Origin: Nageia nagi
Lineage: Eukaryota > Plantae > Pinophyta
NCBI GenBank assembly: GCA_050084985.1
Contig: JBITNC010000001.1
Coordinates: forward strand, 173,538,001 to 173,602,000
Reading direction: 5' to 3'
Length of the DNA: 64,000 nt
In this document: positions 25,446 through 37,400 of the stretch, in pieces
How the letters are laid out: every line of letters begins with the position of its first letter
Position numbering within the stretch: the stretch's first letter is position 1
Notes under the pieces: generated by a model
Databases searched by the model: none
Told to the model about the DNA's origin: nothing
The model's input: only the letters and a program-made list of their open reading frames with translations
Program-made: the position numbers and the translations under genes

Positions 25446-28400
25446 GGGCCTCAGATCTTTAGGTCACATTAGATCTGATCTTAAACATCCAAATCTATTG
25501 ACAAAACCTACAAATCTAATAGGCCAGTCACAAAATTTTTAGATCCAATAGATCTATTCACAATACTTTTAGATCTACTAGGTCTCTTCAGAATAATTGC
25601 TAGATCTACTCACAAGTTGGCAAGATAATTGCTCCGATATCATTGTAATGTGCCAAACATAGAAATACCAAACATAAGAAATAATACGCAAATCAAGAAC
25701 TGAAAATTTTGATTTTGATTTTATTTTCTTCATACCAAACTTTTAATGCTAGTACAATAGAAAAACAACATCGGAAAACATATATCAAGCTCGAAAACTC
25801 CTCTAAATGACAACACACAAAAGGTTAGACGTCTGAAACCAGGTGATCATATCCACTCATTGATGCTCCCAACAATGCTATAACTGTCCCAAGGAGGGAT
25901 TTTTGGCTCCAAGAGGGGGTAGAAAACCATTAAATTTGCAAATATACCCTCGGAAGGGCTGCTGTCACTCTTTGGTGTTGAGATCCAGCTGACACTCCCT
26001 TCATAATGTCTTCTAATTTGCCCTCAATGGCATATTTGCAATTCAACTTCAATAATATTCCACAATTCAAGCTCAAATTACAAATCCTGATATGGATTTA
26101 TTAAATCCAATTGGGTAGATAGCTAGCTGGTCTAGCCTCCACCAGTATTGTTCCAATGGGAACCCCAAATCTATGTAGAGACACTTCCAACAGTATTCAA
26201 GAGCCCAAAAATACTCAATATTCTTTAATTCAATATTCCAAATCATCAACAACTCCAAATGAGACTAAAACATTTTAATATTCACACTTCAATGTGAAGA
26301 GACATTTTAATATTCACACCTTAATGTGAAGATAGATATTAGCTTTAGATTTAGCCATGAATGGTTGAGATTAGATCTTATTCACTTAAGATCTAAGAGC
26401 TGTGATATAATCTCTCGTTGGGATAACTTAAGTCACCTTGACCAAGTTAGAGGGACTCCATACTTAGCTAACCCTTTCAAATATATCTCCAAACATTTGA
26501 CCAAATAAACAAAACTCAAACAAAACACACAACACAAGCAATATTTAGTTATTTACAAAGCTGGGCAAATTTTGGGACATTACAGAAGAGGTAAAAATTC
26601 TGCAAACATGTCTGGATTTGTGGAAAGAAAAGAGGGACAATGCGGGGTGAAACAAGCACCGAAGAACCTATGGCAGTATTGCTACATACTCAAAATACCT
26701 TGCTACAAACCCAAAACTCCATGGAACAAACCAAAATACAATGCTTAATGTGTTGAAGAAAATTGAGAGGGGGCAGCGTAAAAACCCTATGTGGGAGGCT
26801 ATGCAATTTTCCCCAAGAAATTGTTGCAAATCTTAGGGGTCCACAACAACTGGAAAATCAGAATCTCGGGGATGATAGCACGAGGGGGTGCCAAAAACAC
26901 TCCACATCCAAATGTTTCAGAGAATGTGGCATCTAGGGCATCAAAACTCTTGAAGCCCCCACACCCATGTTTCTACAGCCTCAAGCTGAGAAGATTTACA
27001 TGAAGATACAGATCTAGGGGTGGCAACACTTTGGAATGAATTTTTGGCCGGCCTTTCGGATTTTCAGGAAAGAGTAGGATTTGAGGGTTTCCTGAATTAC
27101 AAAGAAAATTGTTTTGGAAGAAAAGGTTGTTGTGGTGACAAGACAAATGACTTGCACTTTAAATTGGGTAAGTTGACCCTTCCATATTTTGATGGCAGTG
27201 ATGGCATCGATAAACTTTTTGCTAGGGCGTGGTTGCAGAAATTGCAGTCTTATTTTTCATTTAAACCCATTATGACTGAAAAGGAGGCTGTACAATATGC
27301 AGTCTTTCACATTGATGGAGTTGCTGATAATTCTTTCGATGAGTTTGCTGCCAAACTTTTAGACAGATTTGAAAGGCAAGATGAGAATGAATACTTTAGT
27401 AACTTAGCTGTTATAACACAAAAAACTACAGTTGCTAGTTATGTGGAAGAGTTCCAACAAATTTCAGTGATGGTAATGGATGTGGCTGAAGGTAGACTAG
27501 TGCATCTCTTTTTGAAGGGTTTATCTGAGCCTTTAAGAGGTTGGACAAAGGCTTTCAAGCCTACACTCTTGTTGATGCTGTTTCAAGGGCTTTAGACCTT
27601 GAATCTTCTTCAAATAGCAACAAAAATAAGTGGGTGCAGTCTTCTAAATTTGGACAGTCTAATGGACAGCCATCAAAATCTGTACAGCCATCAAAATCTG
27701 TACAACCATTTAAATCTGGACCTTTCAGGCAAACACAGTAGGCTGGATAGCAGTTAAATAGGCCAAACCAGCCCCCAAACAAACGTTTCCAGCCACCCAG
27801 AAACCCACAACAGCAACGTCCTAGGTTGGATGAGGAAAGATGAGGATACAAGAAAAAAACTGCAATGTGAGGGCTTATGTTTTGCATGCAAAAAGCCTTG
27901 GGGACCGGGTCATCAGTGTCGAGGAAGAGGACAAAATTTTTTAGTGGAGTATTATGTGCCTCATGAAGATGAACCTGAACCAGAAATAGAAAAATCAGAT
28001 TCTGATAGTATGAGGATGCAGAATTTGCAGATTTGGAAAAAGAAGAACATCCATCACAGGAAGTGGATGATGATGAGGTAGTTTTAGCATCTATTTCTGG
28101 TGAGTCTAACCACCTAACATATAAAGTAGCAGGAAATATTGTCACACATGCTGTTATAGTTTTAATTGATGGTGGAGCCATGCACAACTTCATTGATGAG
28201 AAGTTTGTGGCTGAAGTAAAACTGAAAACTGAAGCATTTTCTGGTTTTGGGGTCAAAGTTGCTAATGGACAGATTTCTAAGTGCCCACAAATTTGTAGAC
28301 AGTTAGAAATTATATTTGGACAACATAAGGTGAGGGAAGATTTTTATGTTTTGGCTATGGGAAGCATTCCTCACGCTTAGGAATACCATGGCTTCAATCT

Positions 28401-31400
28401 TTGGCTGCTCATTACCTAAACTACATGATATTGGTCATTAAATTTAGAGCCAATGGGCAGATAGTCACTTGAAGGAATGAAGGACCACTTACCACAACGA
28501 GTTTCAACTAATTGCATGGAGAAACTTCTCAAGAAGAGAGATATTGAGTGGGGAGCATCAATCTTCATGGTAAAAGTTATGCCTAGTCCATCTACTAGCG
28601 TTGAAGATAAATTTTATTCTCAAATACAAGTCCTAGATGGACATAAAACTGTTTTTGGGGATTTGCCCAAGGGTTGGCCACCGGATAGGGGTTTTCAATA
28701 CAACCTAGAGTTAGAAGAAGGAACAAAACCTGTAATGATTACTTCATATAGGTATTCTAGGGTGTATAAGGAATAAATTGAAAACACTATTAAGGAGTTG
28801 TTGAGTATGGGTCACATTAGGTCTAGTGCTAGTCCTTTTGCTTCTTCAGTTGTATTACTGAAGAAGAACGATGGTACTTTGCGTATGTGCATAGACTAGA
28901 AGTCCTTAAATAAAAAGACAATAAAAAATAGGTACCTGATACCTAGAGTGGATGAACTCATTGATGAACTACATGGATCTATCTACTTCTTTAAATTAGA
29001 TTTGAGATCTTGTTATCACCAGATAAGAGACAGGGATGTGGATGTTCACAAAACAACCTTTAGATGTCATTTTGGCCACTTTGAGTTTCTTGTTATGCCC
29101 TTTGGGCTCACTAACACACCAACCACTTTTAAATCTGCTATGAAACACATATTCAAGGAGCATTTTAGAAAATATGGTCTTGTTTTCTTTGATGACATAT
29201 TAGCATATTGCTGTTCATGGGAATCACATCTACAACAATTGGAATCCGTTTTGAGCATCTTAGAACAACAACAGTTTTTTGCAAAAATGTTCAAGTGTGA
29301 ATTTGGACTTTCTTAAATTTTGTATTTGGGGCATGTAATCACCCCTAAGGGTGTTCATGTAGATGAGCAGAAAATCTCTGCAATCAAATTTGGCCCTCAC
29401 CCACATTTTTGACTGAATTAAGAGATTTCTTAGGGTTGTGCAGTTATTATAGGAGATTTATTAAAGGTTTTTCAAAATTGGCAGCTCTTCTACCTGATTT
29501 GACCAAGAAGGGTGCGTTCCAATGAGATGAAACAGCTTAAAATATATTTCAGAAAATGAAATCAATTATGATGACTTGTCCTATTTTGGATATTCCAGAT
29601 TTTTCTCAGCCTTCTATGGTTGAGTATGATGCTTTCGGTTTTGGAATTGGTGTAGTTTTGATGCAAAAGGGGAGGCCCATAGCTTTTGAAAGCAGAAAAC
29701 TCAGTTAACCTAAAAGAGCATTGAAAGCAGAAAACTCAGTTAACCTAAAAGAGCATTGAATATTTATGAGCAGGAGATGCTTGCAATCATGCATGCATTA
29801 ACCAAGTTTAGACAATATTTAGTTTGCAGTAAATTTGTGGTTAAGATTGATCATAACAATCTTAAACACTTTCTTGGGCAGCATGAATTGAGTGATAGGC
29901 AGCAGAAATGGGTGACCAAGTTGCAGGCCTATGACTTTGAAATACAATATGTGAAGGGTAAAGACAATACAACAACTGATGTATTCTCTAGGAACTCTTC
30001 ATTTTGCGCTATTACTGCTGTAAACACCAATTGGAAGGCTCATATTATGGCTGAGTATACTAAAAATGTTTTTGCCACTAATTTTTTAGATGGACAGATT
30101 AATGATGACAAGTACAAGGTTAGAGATGGACTGATTTTGTATAAAGGCAGAATTTTCTTAGTGCCTGATTCTAAAATGAAGGAAAATTTTCTGGCTGAAC
30201 TTCATGATGCACATTTAGTAGGACATCTAGGTTTCTACAAATCCTACAAATTGGTGAAAGAGAGGTTTGAACTGAAGGGTTTGAAAGAAGATGTTTTCAG
30301 GCATGTTAGAGAGTGTGTGACATGCCAATAGAATAAACATGGGAATAGTCATCCAGCTTGTTTATTGCAGCCCTTACCCATTCCAAATCAGAAGTGGGAG
30401 AGTATATCTATGGATCATTGGTTTACCCAAAGTACAATGTAAGGACTATATTTATGTAGTAGTTGATGAACTTTCAAAATTTGCTCATTTTTTTGCCATT
30501 TCTGCTACGACTACAACCCCACAACTAGCTGAACTATTTTTTAAGCAGATTTTCAGATTGTATGGTTTTCCTAAAACGTGTGTTAGTGAAAGGGGCAACA
30601 AGTTTTTGAATTCGTTTTGGTAAGAAGTTTTCAGTTTGTGTAGTACGACCTTAACCCCAAGCACTAGCTACTACCCCCAAATTGATGGGCAAACTGAAAT
30701 TGTCAATAAGTGGGTGGAGAATTACTTGAGAAACTATGTCTTGGGGCAGCAACAATCATGGATCAAATGTTTGCACATTGGTGAATATTGTTACAATATT
30801 TCATATCACATATCCATTAAAATGTCTCCTTTCATGGCACTCTATGGATATGAGCCTTCAAATTTTTTTGATCTACTTTTGAAGGATAACAAGGTACCCA
30901 AAGTTGCAAATTTTATACATCGACAACAAAAAATTCGGAAAACATTGAAAGATAATTTACAACAAACCCAAAATCAACAGAAAAGGTATGCTGATCAAAA
31001 CATGATTGAATGTAACTTTGAGGTTGAGGATTTGGTTTATTGCATTTGTAGCCCTATTGACAAACTACACTTAAGAGGAGTGCACAAAAATCGCAACCAC
31101 GTTTGAATGGGTCGTAGAGAGTGGTAAGGAGGATTGGAGAGATAGCATATGAGCTGGAACTTCCTTCTAGCAACAAAATACACAATGTCTTCCATGTATC
31201 ATGCTTGAAGAAGGCTTTGGGGCAATATGTAGTGCCATCTCAGATTTTGCCACCTCTTGATGAAGAGGGTAAGTTGGAATTGATTCTCGAAAGGTTGCTT
31301 GGGGTAAGGGAAAAAAGCTAAGAAACAAAATCCTTAGTGAATACTTGGTCAAGTGGAAGGATGTGCCAGATGATGATGCCACATGGGAAGGATAAAAAAT

Positions 31401-34400
31401 TCTGCATCATTCAACATTGGTGAAGTGCTTGGGGACAAGCAATTTTGGAGGGGTGGACTTGTAATGTCCCTAAATTTGTCAAGTTTGTAAATATGTACAT
31501 ATTATGTGTTTTGAGTATTTTATTTCAATTTTTATTATCTTGAAGGAGATTATACATGAAGTTGGCTACTTTAGAAGTGAAATTGGGTTGGAGGAGGGCT
31601 TTTGAGCAGGGATGTTGGATTTTGGAGGGCTTGTTTGGAGCCCTTGAAGGTGATGGCAGCATTGTGGAGGCCCTCTTGAGGCAACTTTGGGGTTAGGAGG
31701 CCTTGGAGGTGTGTTAGGGATATTTTGCTAAGTTAGTGTTTTGTTAAATTAGAAATAAAAGTTATTGTTATTATTATTATTATATTGCTTTGTTGTGTGG
31801 GGTTAAAGATGAGTTCAGTGATTTTAAATGATCTCAACATGAGATTATATCGTAGCCATTAGATCTTCTGAAATTGAGATCTAATCTCAATCCTCCATAG
31901 TTGAATTTAAGGTTGAGATTTATTTTCACATTAGGGTATGAGAAAAAAAGGTGTTTTAGGGTTTTATTTTGGGTTGTTGTGGATTGTGAATTGTGGATTG
32001 GAGAATTATGAGGAATTCTTGGGCTCTTGGAGATTGCTGGTAGTGTCTCTCACAGACTCTAGATCCAAAGTTACACCTGCAATATACTTATAGGGGTATG
32101 AGTTCTCTTGCATTTAATAACCATTATCCTTTCCATGCTTATGGGCTTATGAGAAAGTTATCTATGTTTCTTTTCATGTAATATCACATGGAGTATTTCG
32201 CTTCACCTTCTTTGTGTTTCGCTATGTATATTCTCCAAACTACTTTTGCCCATAATCTTTGGGTTAAGTTGGATATGCTCCTTTTGTCCACCCCCAAACT
32301 TTTTGGGGAACATACTTTTAGTTTTTTCCATGCTCCGAGGAGGATGGCATTTCTTTCTTCTGCCCGTTGCCACACATCTTGTTTGGATTGTTTGAATTAG
32401 CTTCCGACTTTCTCTACTACATGAGATTTGAGATACGCGGCTACGCTTGCAATGTAGTTTATAGGAGCATGAGTCATTATGCATTTGATAAACCCTTCCT
32501 TTCCTTGCACTTAGCTCGTGGTTAATTTTGCCTAGTCTTGTGTTCAACAAATCCTTATAGCTCATTCGAAAGAATGGTGTTTTGAGGTATATCAAGGGAG
32601 GTAGCACATGTATTCACTGGTAGCTGCTTTGTTCTTAAGTGTGGGTTCATCAATTATGTTTTCTCTCTCACCTTTGCTTGTTAATTGTAATGCTCCAACC
32701 TTATACATAGATAGATAGTGCCTCCTTTGAATTTCTCGCTTCATTTAGGTCAACCTTTCAAATAAAAATTGTGGCATCCACAAATTGGCTATGTGATATG
32801 CAATGCTGTGAGACAACCTGAATGGGTATATGAAGTTGACTTAACCATGTACAATCTATCAACTCCCAAAAGCCATGATACTTGGCTTCTATGTGTTTAT
32901 AATGCATTGTGATGGCCTCCTTGGCCTTTTCCATGGCCTTATATAAGTATCCCATCGGTGACTACTGCCAAAAAAATGATACTTGGCCTCTATGCCCTTG
33001 CAATGGCCTCCTTGGCCTTGTCCATGGCCTTATATAAATACCCCATTGGTGATTCGTATGCATATTCATCACTACGAAGAACTTTCACCAAGTGTTTAGT
33101 TACCTGTATATATGAACGTAACAAATATTAATTAAAAACATGAATTGCAAAAAAAAAAAATTCAAAAAACTTGCAATTATGAAGTTGAATCGCTATTGAC
33201 CTGGATGACTTCAAGTGATGTTTCCAAAAGGCTTTCATTGAAAACAATGCTTATGACAAGAAGGGCTTCATTTGTAGTAAAAATATAAGGCTTTGACCAT
33301 TTTTGGGAAATAAACATCCTCTTTATCATTACCCTTCTAGATTGAAGGCTTTGCAGACTAAGAAAGTTGATGGCAAACCATGTGACTCTACATCAAACGA
33401 TCTCTTACCCATTCGTATGCTGCCTCATTAAGCTAAGAACCCAAGAATGATTGTAGATGAACTTTGTTATTTTTTTGGCATTGAACACTGCTTCGGAAGC
33501 CTTCATTCTTTCAACCCATGTTGTTCCTCTTGTCCTTTACCTTTTTCTCCAGTTTGCTAGATGAAAAGTGAAAAATGAAATCATAAAAGCTGTTTTTAAC
33601 CTTTGTCCTTTTTCCTGTGCAAGTCGAATCATTGTCTCGAATTGTGCATGCAGCTAATTATTTGGCATGGCATGACTCGTTGTTCCCATGTTGAAGACTA
33701 ACCTTCAAATTCTTCCTTTTAAATTGGGTCCATCAATCTATTATTTCTTCCTCATTGATCAAGTTTGGACTGTGTTTCAGGCTAAGATTTTCATGTTGAT
33801 TATTGCGAGACCACCTTCCCTAGGGGCATTATTTTTTCATTGTTTGAGCTCCTCTTTCGAGGACTTTAGTACTTCGTTGTGATTTGCTCACTTGGAATGA
33901 TCATTTTCTTTTTCTAGTCTCATTGCTTTTCACTTCCTTTTCTATTGGTTTCGATATTTCTTTGAGTTGTTTTTTCTTATCCTTTTATATTTTGGCCTTT
34001 CTTTATGTTCTTCAGTTTCTTCATTTTCTGCTGTGTTTTGTCTTGTTCAGGTTTCTCTGTTTTCTCTGGTTCCATTTCTGATTCTTTATACATTGGATTT
34101 CTTGGCTGGTATGCTTTATGTTTCAATTTTTTTGAGATCTCTTTTTCTTTTTTTGTTTCCTCTTCACTACCTGATGCTTCAAGTGTATTGTAGTTGTTGT
34201 TTGAGATGCTTGCTTTTGATTGCATTTCTTATTCATCTTTTTGGGTTATGATAAATTTCTTTTTTTTATAACCATTGATCATTTTGTGTTGAAGAGGGAG
34301 TGAATGTTTTCCTTCGACATTATATTGCTAAGAGATCTTGGTCATTGGATATGTTGATGCTGGTCTATTATGGACCCTTGTGTGCTACACCATTGCTACA

Positions 34401-37400
34401 ATTCATTGCTAATACAAAACATAGTTAAATGCGATCCATTACCAACACCGGCTTTAAGTGTTTTGGTATATGATTTCATTGCAACAATAAAGGTTCTGTC
34501 GAACTCTTGCTCAATGGTTGACCCATTATTAGACTAAAGTCATATCTTCTTAGGCAGAGGTTTATAATCCAAACATAGATCTTAACAAAGGTAATATGGG
34601 AATGTTTTGGGAAACTATTGATATTGAGATGAGTTTACCCATTTCATTTCCAATAACTTGGAATAGTTTAACATCCTAAAGGTGGATTGGGAGATTGGAC
34701 ATCATTATCCAAATTGATGTGCTTTTTGGGTTCTCCACCTAATCAAAGGAATATATTTACGCCATAGCCGTCCTCTTTGAAGAGGGAGGAGCAAAACTTT
34801 CGATCAACGGTGGTTAATGGCTGTAAGAACATAGCAGACGATGAAATGAGGTTGGACCATTGATTCACTGTGCAAGAGCGAGGGTGGTATTGAGGACACG
34901 TGTAACTACGACGCTTTTTAGTTACAGGGAGTCGTAGGAATTAGTTACAGGGAGTGGCAAGCAGGAAAGTCGCTACAAGGTAGTTAGCATATCGATGCGT
35001 ACACAAGGGGCCAATCACGTCCGCATAACTTGGAGGACAAACAGATTGTCAGATGGTGCATGAACCTTATGTTGGGAAGAATACCTTGCTAGTCTTTTTA
35101 AGCTATGCAAGATCATTACTCACATTCAGTATTTCGATTTACGTCCTGGAGCTTGTGAATAGGAAGCTAGCAACTTCACAACTCTACAATTCCCTTCCTG
35201 CTGTCTGTCCTCCAAAATGAACTGTTCAAAGTCATCTTATCCTAAAATTTCACTTTTCTGCATTCCAAGTTTGTGGCAGCATGCATTGTATTTTGCATTC
35301 AATGCACCCAATGGCCTCTGCCATACACATTCTTCCTGGAAACCTTCGCTCATTCATTGTCTCACCGATGGAGGATGTTGTGGAGCTTCCTCTAGCGTCG
35401 AGGTCTATGGTGCAGCCAACAATTCATTTTTCTCACCACTTCATTGCTTCATATGTCAAACTTTGATCCTTAATATAGTTATATCACTATATGTCGGTAC
35501 AATTTTCTTTATGTGTTTGTTGTTCTTCAGGTCTTATTGGAAAAAGAAAAGCAAGGGTCTAAATGATTTCACCTTGAGATTTGGGCCTCCAAGAATTTCA
35601 TATGAAGAAATTGCTTCTTGAGGTTTCAATGAAACCAATATGATAGGAATCGCTAGTTTTGGATCTGTCTACAAAGGGACCTTGAATAATGGCATGGTTA
35701 TTGCAATTAGAGTTCTTAATTTATAGGATGAAGAAGCCCATCAGAGTTTCATAGAGAATGCAACGCATTTGGAAAAGCTCGGTATCGAAATGTGATTAAA
35801 GTCATGACCATCTGATCTAATATTGACTTCAAAGCTTTGGTTCTTCCTTTCATGTCAAATGGAAATTTGCAGAGCGCTTTTAAATTAAATTTAAGTGAAA
35901 TACGGAGAATAGCTATGGAAATAGTGCAAGGAATTGCTTATCTACACCACCATTCTTTTGTGCAGATAGTTCATTGTGATTTAAAACCCAGTAATGTGCT
36001 CTTGAGAGATGACATGACTGCCTACATATCAGACTTTGGAAATGCCAAGCTAATATTTGGAGATTCAGTAAAACTAACTGCCACAAATGCACTTATAGGA
36101 TCCATTGGATATGTGGCACCAGTTATTTATTGTGCATCGTTATAAATTCTATTATTTGCCTTTCTTTTAAATTTGGAATAAATACAAGGACCTGATAATA
36201 TTTACTTAATTTATTGTATCACAAAGTATGGACTAGGTGGAAATGTTTTCACAAAAGGAGATGTATACAATTAAAGCATTGTATTGTTGGAGTTGTTGAC
36301 AAGGAAGAAGCCTACGGATGACATGTTTGAGGGAGAAATGGACTAGCATGGACTTCCCAAAAAAAGTGAGAGAAGTGGTAGACAACTTCTTGCCTCAAGA
36401 TGTAAATGAATCAGATATGACCACTGTGTAGGCATGCATTTCTCATCTCATGCAAGTGGATTTGGATTGTGTGAATGAGACTCCACAGCAACGCCCAAAT
36501 ATGATGGAACTTGTGGACAGAATGGAAAAAATCAAAGGTGTGAGCTTTTGAATTGCCGATAGGTATATACAAGAAATGTTGTAACAATGGTAATAGAGGT
36601 AACAATGTAAGTTGAAGTTGGTCCACAAGCACATTTTAGTCTTGTAAAATCCGCTGCAAATACTTATTGTTGTTGGAGTTATGAATATTTGGAAATTTTA
36701 GAGCTAGAAAATACTTATATTTCTGACTTGGATTGCAAGCCTCTTTTCTTTTAGAAAAAAATACATTGCCTTTTTAGGAGAAGTGACTTTCTCAAGAATA
36801 TTTCTCTTCACACATTGTCCTCTCTTCCTAAGCTTAATTATCTTCATATTCAAGTTGCTGTTGTTACAAATCCAAGTCTCTTCTCATTTATATCACCTCC
36901 ATTGCTGCAAGTATCGGATCTGAGAGAGTGCTGGCTTTTAACCAAAGAGGAAAAATATCCTGAAATTGAATTAAGGGCCAAGGCACAAATGGGTTGCAAC
37001 TATCTCTAAGGAGCAATCTCATCATAGTTGCAGCAACTGGTTTTCAAGGGAGACTTTAGATGCAACAAGATGGAAGCAGGGAATAAAATCTACCAGTAAA
37101 AACTCCTTATCTAAAGAACATAAGAACTAAACACAAACAAGATTTGTAGTTTTGTCTATTTGTTCTTTTCATTGTATATTTCTTTCCAAGAAAGAGGCTA
37201 TATCTTTGCTGCTTTGGCAGCTTAATATTTTGGTCATCAAATATTTCATTTATCTTGCTGATGAACAAGTTAACTACAGCCCATCTGAGCTCTTGCAGTT
37301 TTGAGCATTTCAATAATTTGTTTGATCCTTGTCAGAAAACTGTAATTATCTACCTAACTCTCTAGGAAGAATTGATTAACTAATGACTTTTTCTAACTTC

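Larger units (their letters stand above)
18710..26584 (-). mobile_element. Element B: non-autonomous LTR retrotransposon nested in A (5'LTR 25644-26584, PBS 25631-25642, PPT ~21011-21022, 3'LTR 18710-21009)
   Basis: Two LTR copies TGTAATGTGC...GACATTACA; TSD GAGGA/GAAGA; PBS reverse complement gctccgatatca; PPT reverse complement atccttcccccc; LTRs homologous to A's LTR. Confidence 0.92.
17608..32056 (+). mobile_element. Element A: chromoviral Ty3/gypsy LTR retrotransposon (5'LTR 17608-18637, PBS 18639-18651, PPT ~31447-31457, 3'LTR from 31460, disrupted)
   Basis: LTR copies align (T(A/G)TAATGTCCC...); PBS TGGTATCAAAGCC (tRNA-iMet type); gag-PR-RT-RH-IN-chromo order. Confidence 0.93.

Noticed and set aside
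27561-28256. 231-aa minus-strand ORF, and similar shadow ORFs at 24461-24922, 9612-10705 and 33884-34251
   Set aside because: Antisense shadows of gag/protease, accessory or low-complexity coding sequence.
35230-35350. MYB-like fragment on the minus strand (RGHW...PQTWNAEK)
   Set aside because: The motifs are in different frames with wrong spacing and no GRSGKSCRLRW; too weak.
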